From Pyrolobus fumarii 1A (lineage in GTDB: Archaea > Thermoproteota > Thermoprotei_A > Sulfolobales > Pyrodictiaceae), in the NCBI RefSeq assembly GCF_000223395.1, contig NC_015931.1:300001-332000 (forward strand): a DNA stretch of 32,000 bases, given 5' to 3'. Below, piece after piece: positions 8,092-15,342 of the stretch. Below the pieces are notes generated by a model, which worked only from the letters and a program-made list of their open reading frames with translations, did no database searches and had not been told where the DNA came from. How positions within the stretch are numbered: position 1 is the first letter of the stretch; each line of letters starts with the position of its first letter. A program made the position numbers and the translations under genes.

Positions 8092-8796
8092 CTAAGGCGG
8101 CAGTAGGGCGAGTGCATCCTCGAGAGCCGCCGCACAAGCCTCCATACCACGCTTGCCCGTCCTCCCTCTCAACGGAGACCAACCGAACCTTACTCCCGCG
8201 ACACACGAGGTGAGTATGTAACCGTCTGCTCCAACCGCAGTTGGGTTGGAGGTTCTCACCATCACCCTGAACCCGAGCTTCCCGAGCCTCGCGGTGAACC
8301 TCACTACTCTACCCAACTCCTCCCTCAGGTCGAAAGACGCGTTGTAATAGACGGTGTCGTAGCCGGCCTCGAGGTAGGCCAGGTAGGCTCCGGTGCACCG
8401 GCAGGGCTTCACGACAGGCATGCATGTGAGACCCGCATCCTCCGCAACCCTACAGAACTCGAGGTTAACCTCCACGAGGCGGTGCGCGGGGCCACACGGG
8501 TCCTCGGTTCGCAGCGTCAGGTCGGGACCGGTTACCAGGGTGAACCCTAGCCCAGCTGCCCTCTCCACGAGCATCCTAGCGTCGGGCAGGATAGCCTCTA
8601 GGACATCATCACGGCTTGTCAGCTCGAGGAGGGCCTCCCTGCTCCACCCTACCCTCTCCAGGGACCCGATGCTCCACGTCACCCTGTCCACGGGGACTGC
8701 GAGCCCCAGCCCGCGAGGCTCTCCGAGGAGCCTCCACCACCATGTCGAGCGCTCACGGAGCCTAGCCTCGGCGAACACCCCCACTGCTGGCCCCAT
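8092..8796 (-). CDS. hypothetical protein
   Basis: This 234-aa ORF matches no recognised family. It contains the 1-mismatch palindrome CCAACCGCaGTTGG at 8231-8244. The start is uncertain, lying only 14 nt from the divergent gene at 8811. Confidence 0.4.
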   Translation of the reverse strand: MGPAVGVFAEARLRERSTWWWRLLGEPRGLGLAVPVDRVTWSIGSLERVGWSREALLELTSRDDVLEAILPDARMLVERAAGLGFTLVTGPDLTLRTEDPCGPAHRLVEVNLEFCRVAEDAGLTCMPVVKPCRCTGAYLAYLEAGYDTVYYNASFDLREELGRVVRFTARLGKLGFRVMVRTSNPTAVGADGYILTSCVAGVRFGWSPLRGRTGKRGMEACAAALEDALALLPP

Positions 8797-8810
8797 AGAG
8801 ACCCCGTGGG

Positions 8811-9761
8811 ATGGGCGGGGGCAGCGCAGCGGCTGCCGGCGTCAGGGACGATGCGAGGAGGCTGCTACCCCAGGCGATACAGGCTATCGAGAAGAGACTG
8901 CAAGCCTACCTGAGAAAATCACCGAGGCATAGAGTTCACCGGCTGCTAGCGGAGGTAGCCCTCGATGATAGATGGCCGCCCAGCGTACGGCAAAGGGCCC
9001 TGGAGATCATCCGCAACGAGGCCTTGAGGGCGGCGGTTGAGCATCTAAGCACGGGTAAGCCTCTAGAGCGTTGTGTGAGCGTTAAGAGGCTGCTCAATAG
9101 GCTTGAGAAGCACGTCTACGAGCCTTTTGTGGGGAAGTACGGCGCGCTCATAGAGCGGTATAAGCCGCTAGCAATCTACGAGTCGCTCTACCCGCCTAGG
9201 CCGGAGAGGGTCGGCGTCTGGGTAGAGGAGGACGAGAGGCACATCTACATCACCTACTGGTTCACCTGGCGCTACGACTATAGCTTCGAGGCGCTGGGCG
9301 AGAGGTTCAGGATATTCGCCGCTAGGCTCGGGTTGAGTTCCCCGCCGAGCCCAGAGGAGTACCGCGACTACGAGCCGGTGACGGTGGTCGTCGATAAGGG
9401 GTCGGAGAGGCTTGTCTCGGTGCAGTTCAGAGTGCACTACACTCTTGTCGATATAGACGCGGAGCACCTGCTGCTTGTCGAGGGGAGGCCTGTTATCTAC
9501 TTCGCGCTGGAAGGACACACGCCGGTACCAAAGGCGGAGAGCGTAGACATCATAGTGCGTGCGGTGATGCAGGGCAACGTTATCGACGTTAATAGGGCGC
9601 CACGGGCCCTCTGGGCCGCCCTGGTCTACAGGTTGGGGGACGTCATGGAGAGACTTAGGGGTGCTGTAAGCGTCGAGGTAGAGCCTCTCTACGGCCCCTC
9701 CTGGAGATACTTTAACGTCGGCCATAGGCCCCTAACAAGTAGATGGTGGAGGCCTAGGTGA
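8811..9761 (+). CDS. hypothetical protein
   Basis: This 316-aa ORF has an ATG start, and its stop overlaps the start of the next plus-strand ORF by 4 nt. No family was recognised. Confidence 0.5.
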   Translation: MGGGSAAAAGVRDDARRLLPQAIQAIEKRLQAYLRKSPRHRVHRLLAEVALDDRWPPSVRQRALEIIRNEALRAAVEHLSTGKPLERCVSVKRLLNRLEKHVYEPFVGKYGALIERYKPLAIYESLYPPRPERVGVWVEEDERHIYITYWFTWRYDYSFEALGERFRIFAARLGLSSPPSPEEYRDYEPVTVVVDKGSERLVSVQFRVHYTLVDIDAEHLLLVEGRPVIYFALEGHTPVPKAESVDIIVRAVMQGNVIDVNRAPRALWAALVYRLGDVMERLRGAVSVEVEPLYGPSWRYFNVGHRPLTSRWWRPR

Positions 9762-10417
9762 GAGTAAAGCTACGCTACTCCTGGTGTGGCCGCATTCCAC
9801 CCTGCTTTGGCAGACCCTCGGAGGAGAGGCCGGAGGGACTCGAGGAGTACTTGTATAAGCTGACGGGTAGGCATTGGGGTCTACGCGGCGAGAGAGTATA
9901 TGGCGACCACCGTGAGGCGGCGTGTGACGCCGCGATCCTCTTCCTCACGGGGTACGACGTGTGGCTCGAGCCTCTAGACCCGCCGCCCCGTAGACCCCCG
10001 GAGCTTAGAAGCTGGAGGGACTTGCTCCGCTACACTCCCTGGCTCGATAGGCTCGCCTCCAGGATAGCCTCGAAGAGAGACTTTGACTCTGCGTTTAAGG
10101 CGGCGGTGGAATCCCTCTCCGAGATGTTCGTCGCTAGCCTCGAGCAGGGCGGGAGAATCGACCCAGAGGCGCTCGGCGGCTACCAGGCCCTCGCCGAGGT
10201 ATTCACACATATGCTCGAGTTTAGGCTGATGGGGTTCGAGGAGGGTTTCCGGGAACTCGAGAGGAGGAGGCCGTGGGTCGACGCCGCCTACATAGCCTTC
10301 GCGCCCTGGAGGCTCTTCGCGAGGCACTATACACGCGCCCTAGCCGAGCTGGGCAAGGAGGCGGGGAGAGCAACCCTCGAAAAAATCCGGGGGCTTATCG
10401 CGAGGAGAGGCTCCTAG
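9758..10417 (+). CDS. hypothetical protein
   Basis: This 219-aa ORF is translationally coupled to 8811-9761. It is convergent with the pilin-like gene, with a 4-nt gap. Confidence 0.5.
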   Translation: MRVKLRYSWCGRIPPCFGRPSEERPEGLEEYLYKLTGRHWGLRGERVYGDHREAACDAAILFLTGYDVWLEPLDPPPRRPPELRSWRDLLRYTPWLDRLASRIASKRDFDSAFKAAVESLSEMFVASLEQGGRIDPEALGGYQALAEVFTHMLEFRLMGFEEGFRELERRRPWVDAAYIAFAPWRLFARHYTRALAELGKEAGRATLEKIRGLIARRGS

Positions 10418-10421
10418 CCCA

Positions 10422-10880
10422 TCACCCTATCTGTATTGTTGCGTAGGTTGTCTTGCTGTACTCGTTGCCCTGGGGATCCCTGTAGTAGACTGTGACCCTG
10501 AGCGTCTTGCCCTCTACGAAGCTTGTTGCTCCGAAGTCTCCTGGTTTCAGCGTGAATCCTAGGGTTGTGGTGGCGCCGGCGCTAAGCAGCCTGTTGAGCG
10601 TCACGTTGTAGGTTGCACCCTCGTAGCCGAACTCGACTACAGTTACATTGAGGGGGACGTTACCATCATTCTTTACCATTAGGTTGATGCTGAGCTCCGA
10701 GCCGTCTGGTGGGATAACAGCAGTGACGCCGGAGACCGATAGGGATGCTATGGTCCTGGGCCTCATGAACTGCCCCATGAACATCCAGACCATTAGGCCG
10801 CCCACCACGGCCACCAGGATCAGTATCATCGCCGCGACGACCGGGGAGACCGCCCTAACCCTACCCGCCACCATGGCCAC
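10422..10880 (-). CDS. archaeal type IV pilin-like protein (class III signal, DUF361-type N-terminus)
   Basis: (M)AMVAGRVRAVSPVVAAMILILVAVVGGLMVW matches the RAVSPVIA-type prepilin N-terminus. A beta-rich domain (LMVKNDGNVPLNVTVVEF) follows. The start is GTG 10880 or ATG 10874. Confidence 0.7.
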   Translation of the reverse strand: MAMVAGRVRAVSPVVAAMILILVAVVGGLMVWMFMGQFMRPRTIASLSVSGVTAVIPPDGSELSINLMVKNDGNVPLNVTVVEFGYEGATYNVTLNRLLSAGATTTLGFTLKPGDFGATSFVEGKTLRVTVYYRDPQGNEYSKTTYATIQIG

Positions 10881-12714
10881 TCTCCAGTTTGCTGAAACCA
10901 GACCCCGCAGTGGCCCAGGGACGCGTCTCGAACAACTCCTGCTCTTCCTCTTTTAGCACAACATGAACGGGTAGCCGGAGGCCCTCTGTTAGTATCAGGG
11001 CGTCGCCTACGTCCGCGCTCATTATGAGCTCCTTCTCCTGGTCTGTTAGCCCGAAGAGCTCGGCTGCAGCCTGCGCCGCGTCATAATCGTGGTGGAAGAG
11101 GACCTTGAGGCTGCTGAGCTGCACTGCTATCACCCTGGCCGCCCTGGAGGCCGAGACGTCGCGTGGGTCGTGAGCGATGTGCACGAAGCTCGTGTAGAGC
11201 TTCCTCGAGTCCCGGAACGCCTGGAGCAAAGCCGAGACCACATCGTAGTCGCGGAAGGCCTCGAGCACTTGAACAAACTCGTCAAGCACCACGATCTTCC
11301 TGACGCTCCTAGGCTCCTCGCGTACCCGCTTGAGTATAACCAAAAGTGATAATGCAGCTGCTAGACGCTCTGCCTCGGGGCTACCCATCTCGCGCAACAC
11401 GATAACCACGCGTTTACCCGGCTTGGGTTCTTGACCCGTGAATAGGAAGCCTAGAGGCCCCTCAAGGAGTGCGAGTAGACGTTCTCTTAGCCTCTCAGAC
11501 GCTTTGTTTGCAACCTCCTCTAGACTAGTGCATCTGGATGCTAGTCTTTGAAGCTCGGCTTTCAGGTCAGGCTCTAGGCTAAGCAATGCTGCAATGAATG
11601 TAGCTGCGTGCTCAGGGTGCATTAGGCGGAACGGGTCGAGACCAGCCTTAACGCCACGCTTAAGCTCGAATATGTCAGCGTTCATCGCTTTACCAACCCT
11701 GATGTACTCCCCGGTACGGTCGATGATGTAGACTCTTAGCTCAGGGTCAAGCCGTGAATATCCAAGCGTTATTTTCTTCGCAAACGCTGATTTACCATAG
11801 CCCATCATGCCAAGCACGACAACATTGTAGCTCGTTCGGGCCCAGAGATCCAGGACGACAGGCGTGTCGTCAAGGAGGCTACGGCCCAGATAGATGCCAC
11901 CGGGCTCGACAAGCTGCGTGGTTATGAACGGGTAGAAGGCGGCGAGGGTGACGCTATCGGTGAAGATGGGCTTAGGTTCCTCGCATTCGTACACCTTGTA
12001 ATAATATATTGTGGAGTCCCCGGCTGCGAATCCGAGTGCGTCGAGCTCGCGGATCAGGAGTCTCGCTGCTTCCCTCGCCTCGCTGGGCGTCGACCCGGAG
12101 ACGACGAGCGCTACGCGCACGGCGTGTAGCCTGGCTTCTCGCGCCGCAACCTCCTCCATAAGCTCCGATACCAGCTGCAGCTCCTCGAGCTTCTCTAGCC
12201 TGGGCGCCTTGCCCTCGATCTGCCACGAGGCCACAAGCATCTCTAGGAGCTTCCTCCTTGACCTGAGCAGCCTGAATGCCGCGTGCCTGGAGAGCGGCGT
12301 GACACAGAGCCTAGCCTCCTCGAGGTGAGGGTACAGGTTGTAGAGGAAGCCCTCGGCGAGGACACGAGGCAAGCCATAGACCGTGACGACGCGATAGACC
12401 CTACCCCCGCACACCGCGTAGCTCCTGCGAAGCTCGCAACGCCCCGGGTCGATGAGCGGGGGCGGAGGCTCCAGGAGAGGCTCGTAGCGTAGCCCGGCCC
12501 TCGAGAGGAGAGGGTCAAGCCTCTGCTCGCTGGCAATGTAGAACTCGTAGCCTGGGACCTCCTCACCCTCGATCTTAACGACGACTCTGCGCACGATGAG
12601 CTGCGTCGTCTTCTCCAGCTTGTCGAGGAGAACTCTAAACGAGTCTATGATCGCCTCCTGCTCCTCCTCAGGGAGCAATGGAAACCCGATTGGGTGGATT
12701 TTGTAAGCGTACAC
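10861..12714 (-). CDS. VirB4/HerA-superfamily (CedB/TrbE-like) DNA-transfer ATPase
   Basis: The protein is 617 aa, with Walker A VVVLGMMGYGKSAFAKK and Walker B RKIVVLDEFVQVLE. The domain order is typical of AAA_10/DUF87 conjugation ATPases. It has a GTG start. Confidence 0.7.
   Translation of the reverse strand: MYAYKIHPIGFPLLPEEEQEAIIDSFRVLLDKLEKTTQLIVRRVVVKIEGEEVPGYEFYIASEQRLDPLLSRAGLRYEPLLEPPPPLIDPGRCELRRSYAVCGGRVYRVVTVYGLPRVLAEGFLYNLYPHLEEARLCVTPLSRHAAFRLLRSRRKLLEMLVASWQIEGKAPRLEKLEELQLVSELMEEVAAREARLHAVRVALVVSGSTPSEAREAARLLIRELDALGFAAGDSTIYYYKVYECEEPKPIFTDSVTLAAFYPFITTQLVEPGGIYLGRSLLDDTPVVLDLWARTSYNVVVLGMMGYGKSAFAKKITLGYSRLDPELRVYIIDRTGEYIRVGKAMNADIFELKRGVKAGLDPFRLMHPEHAATFIAALLSLEPDLKAELQRLASRCTSLEEVANKASERLRERLLALLEGPLGFLFTGQEPKPGKRVVIVLREMGSPEAERLAAALSLLVILKRVREEPRSVRKIVVLDEFVQVLEAFRDYDVVSALLQAFRDSRKLYTSFVHIAHDPRDVSASRAARVIAVQLSSLKVLFHHDYDAAQAAAELFGLTDQEKELIMSADVGDALILTEGLRLPVHVVLKEEEQELFETRPWATAGSGFSKLESGHGGG
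10901..10914 (-). promoter_or_regulatory. motif-2 copy (minus strand GCCACTGCGGGGTC) upstream of a pilin-like gene
   Basis: It lies 20 nt upstream of GTG 10880 (26 nt from ATG 10874). It sits inside the last codons of the VirB4-like gene, where it is read as ATAG. Confidence 0.5.
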
Positions 12715-12902
12715 TTGTGGGCCCCAAGTTCATTGCATGTAGAGACTCACTGGGTGCGGGCACGGTTTGGAGTGCTTCGCGATGAACACCAGTCACGTGA
12801 ACATCTCGTGCTGCTCTATGCTCGTGTTTACCCCTCCCGGCCCTCCCGCGTTAAATAATCTTCGATTTCTTTATTAGGATGTGCGGGGGCGCGCGCAGTA
12901 GC

Positions 12903-12944
12903 TCTGCATGCACGGTTCCAACCGCGGTTGGAACCAGTGCAGAG
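12903..12944. repeat. extended inverted repeat centred on a perfect 22-bp palindrome GGTTCCAACCGCGGTTGGAACC (12914-12935)
   Basis: The outer arms are CTCTGCA (12903-12909) and TGCAGAG (12938-12944). It lies in the 266-nt gap between the TFB-like stop (12981) and the VirB4-like start (12714). An A/T-rich box TTAAATAATCTTCGATTTCTTTATTAGG lies nearby, at about 12851-12878. Confidence 0.85.
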
Positions 12945-12980
12945 AGGAGCATCGGCTGGCACATGTGAGGCTGGGCGGGA

Positions 12981-13973
12981 CTAGTCGTGGGAGTAATTGG
13001 CTAGGAGTGTGATCAGCCGAAGTATTATCAGATCGAGTTGTTGCGTCAGGTTACGGGAGAGGCTCCTGACATAGATGTTGATGGTCTTCGGGTAGACAAG
13101 GGCTGTGAACTCGTCACGTGTATCCATCACTTTGAGCCTGTCTCCCTGGTTGAGGATCACTAGCCTCTCGTGGAGGCCCTCGGGCACCCCGTGTATCTCT
13201 ATGCGGAAGGGGAGGTGTAGAACCGACGTTGCAACCATGGGTTTGGGCTCTGTTATCTCGACCCCGAGCTTCGACGCCACGTGGCGTAATGCACGCTCAG
13301 CCTCCTCGAGATTGCCTAGGCGTGCTGGTGCCTCGAGCTTACCCCTCGTGACCTGAACCTTGACGCCACGAGTCTCGACGATTACCTGTTTCACCGCGCC
13401 TCTCCTCACGCGAGACGCTAGGATGATCGCCGCCCGGTAGACGTCGATGGGTTGCAGGGGCTTAGCAGCCAGCCGGACGAGCGTGCTGGAGACAGCCTCG
13501 CGCCAGGCCTCGAGGAGGCTCCTGGCGGTTCTCACCGCTCTACGAGGCGCACCCAGCCTATCGCCATACACGGCCTCCTGGAGAGCGTCTAGAGCCGTGT
13601 TCGGGTTCAGCTTGTAGACCCGGCGTAGCACCCGATACGCGCCGAGGCAACGCACGCCGCAAATGTCGATCGCCCTGGACTCGCCTACGCGAAGCCACCC
13701 GCCGATCTCCTCGCGAATCTGCTTCAGGTCTTCATCGGTCTCTGGTAGCCCTCCCCGGGCCGCGATATCCTCGAGTCTCTCGCGTCTCGTCGGCTCCCTG
13801 GGCCTCTCCACCGGCGTGTAGTGATCCCTTGCTAGGAGCTCCTCGGTGTCATAGGCCCTGTACTCCGGGTGAAGATCGACAGGCGAGTCGTCTATGACAA
13901 CGCCGGTCTCCGGGTCGATTATTGCGCCGCTATGTGGATCCACTATCCAACCGCGGTTGGATACTCTGGTCAC
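12981..13973 (-). CDS. divergent TFB (TFIIB)-like protein lacking Zn-ribbon cysteines
   Basis: The N-terminus WIVDPHSGAIIDPETGVVIDDSPVDLHPEYRAYDTEE parallels the archaeal TFB ribbon/B-reader segment (..D...GE..C...G.V.....ID.GPEWRAF), with the Cys residues replaced. The length of 330 aa is TFB-like, and PIDVYRAAIILASRV is a possible cyclin-like helix. An 18-bp palindrome lies in codons 4-10. Confidence 0.45.
   Translation of the reverse strand: MTRVSNRGWIVDPHSGAIIDPETGVVIDDSPVDLHPEYRAYDTEELLARDHYTPVERPREPTRRERLEDIAARGGLPETDEDLKQIREEIGGWLRVGESRAIDICGVRCLGAYRVLRRVYKLNPNTALDALQEAVYGDRLGAPRRAVRTARSLLEAWREAVSSTLVRLAAKPLQPIDVYRAAIILASRVRRGAVKQVIVETRGVKVQVTRGKLEAPARLGNLEEAERALRHVASKLGVEITEPKPMVATSVLHLPFRIEIHGVPEGLHERLVILNQGDRLKVMDTRDEFTALVYPKTINIYVRSLSRNLTQQLDLIILRLITLLANYSHD
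13945..13962. repeat. perfect 18-bp palindrome ATCCAACCGCGGTTGGAT at the 5' end of the TFB-like gene
   Basis: It lies 12-29 nt downstream of the ATG at 13973 and is read as SNRGW. Confidence 0.85.
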
Positions 13974-14021
13974 GGGCGTGGACCCTAGAGGGTCGCGTAT
14001 AGCCCGTAGCTCCTGTTAACA

Positions 14022-14636
14022 CTACCGCTTGTCACCCTCTTTCAACTCCACCAGCACCCTCCTCTCGTAGAGCACCACGCCATCCGGCCCAACGATACGA
14101 ATGACATGGTGCCCGGGCTTCAGGTAGAGCAGCGCCGAGAAGCGGCCAGACCCGTCGGTACGAGCCTCAGCCACCCTCCTACCGTCAACCTCGGCAACAA
14201 CCTGGGCACCCACGAGGGGCGAGCCATCCGGGGCCACCGCGACGCCCTCAAGCCTCACAGGCTCCCCCACCGCCACAACAACCCTCGCCACCCCGCGATC
14301 CGCGCCGCGCCTCTCGCGGGCAGCGCGGGACTTGGCTGGTGGGCGTTTACCAACCGCGGTTGAGCGAAATGCAGCAAGGAGCTTCTCCTCGGGGCACCAC
14401 GCGGTGCAGCCCGGTGCGAGCGCCGTGACGGTGAGGCCGATGACGCTGGAGGCTATCAGGGCGGGGAACCAGTCGAGGCCGTTCTGGAGCGCCACGAGGA
14501 GAGCAACTAGGGCGGCAGGCGCCCCGTAGAAGAGGAGGCGGCGTGGCTCGACGTCACCGATGAAGGGTAGTGTTATGATCGGCTCCTCGAGCCACCTGCG
14601 CTCACGGAACCAGAGTGTTCTTATGATGCGTGCCAT
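14022..14636 (-). CDS. membrane protein with a C-terminal carboxypeptidase-regulatory-like beta-sandwich
   Basis: Two central TM helices are present. The C-terminal GVAVAPDGSPLVGAQVVAEVDGRRVAEARTDGSGRFSALLYLKPGHHVIRIV resembles a CarboxypepD_reg fold. It overlaps the upstream gene by 16 nt. Confidence 0.45.
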   Translation of the reverse strand: MARIIRTLWFRERRWLEEPIITLPFIGDVEPRRLLFYGAPAALVALLVALQNGLDWFPALIASSVIGLTVTALAPGCTAWCPEEKLLAAFRSTAVGKRPPAKSRAARERRGADRGVARVVVAVGEPVRLEGVAVAPDGSPLVGAQVVAEVDGRRVAEARTDGSGRFSALLYLKPGHHVIRIVGPDGVVLYERRVLVELKEGDKR

Positions 14637-15079
14637 GCTAGGAGCGACACCCCGACTATGAAGGCTGCGGCGCCCAGTGTTGTGAGGATAGTGTTCGCCG
14701 TTGGGTCGTCGTAGTGGATTGGGCCGCGTAGCCTCCTTCTCGAGAGCGGCCAGAGGGGCCAGACGCCCGCGGGTGTCAGGGCGTCGAGGGCTAGGTGGGT
14801 GGCGGTCCCCGCCGCTGCGAGCGGGTAGGCTAGTGGCGTGACCAGCCTCCAGGCCGCGTTAAGAACAGCTGTTATCAGGGCGGGGAGGAGCAAGCAGGCG
14901 AACAGGTTGTGGGTCCAGGGTGCGCGCCGACGCCCAACATGCCCCAACGCATCTATGAACTCGTCCGCGGCGAGAGCCGCCAAGAGAGCCACGCCGAAAT
15001 CGGCGAAATGCGCGTGGAGCAGCCCGGCGAGGAGCGCAACAACACCCGCCGCGATGCTTAAGTGCGTCTTCCTCCTCAA
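14621..15079 (-). CDS. DUF457 (YdjM/YbcI-like) membrane-bound metal-dependent hydrolase family protein
   Basis: MRRKTHLSIAAG at the N-terminus and THLALDALTPAGVWPLWPLS match the recalled DUF457 pattern (H..lD.lT..Gv.l..P). Confidence 0.55.
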   Translation of the reverse strand: MRRKTHLSIAAGVVALLAGLLHAHFADFGVALLAALAADEFIDALGHVGRRRAPWTHNLFACLLLPALITAVLNAAWRLVTPLAYPLAAAGTATHLALDALTPAGVWPLWPLSRRRLRGPIHYDDPTANTILTTLGAAAFIVGVSLLAWHAS

Positions 15080-15324
15080 CGCGTCGCCACCATCGCAACC
15101 CCAATCAGCACGAGCACGAGAGCCCAGAGCGCTACGAGGCTGGATGTCACAACCCTGTCTATATCCTCGCGTCTAACGAGCCTGGCCCCCATGTAGAAGA
15201 TTGTGGCTAGGAGGAGCGCGTAGAGGAAGGGGGCTAGGGTCTCGAGGCCGAGTGGCTTCAGAGCGATTGAAAAGACTCGAGCGGGCCACGAAAGGGCCTC
15301 CGCTACTCGCGCTGCACCCAGCAT
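15076..15324 (-). CDS. small membrane protein
   Basis: It is 82 aa with two or three hydrophobic helices. It overlaps the downstream gene by 4 nt, indicating operon context. Confidence 0.45.
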   Translation of the reverse strand: MLGAARVAEALSWPARVFSIALKPLGLETLAPFLYALLLATIFYMGARLVRREDIDRVVTSSLVALWALVLVLIGVAMVATR

Positions 15325-15342
15325 CTAGGCGTCCCCCGGGTG

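Noticed and set aside
8039-8206. Long N-terminal extensions proposed by the ORF track. These are 7574-8206, 5291-7231, 19512-20030, 24905-26026, 30765-31874, 4313-4681 and 23029-24156.
   Set aside because: Each extension overlaps the neighbouring gene or lacks the family-typical N-terminus. Internal starts restore canonical N-termini: a pilin RAVS signal, a Sec-type signal, the Pdx[10 protein letters not shown]-terminus and the DUF104 EAVYEGG motif. They also give typical 4-8-nt operon overlaps.
8231-8244. CCAACCGCaGTTGG as an intermediate linking the palindrome family to the motif-2 word CCCCGCAGTGGC.
   Set aside because: The two motifs share only about 7 of 12 positions when aligned. This single intermediate copy lies inside a coding region. 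The evidence is too thin to claim a common origin or a common binding protein.
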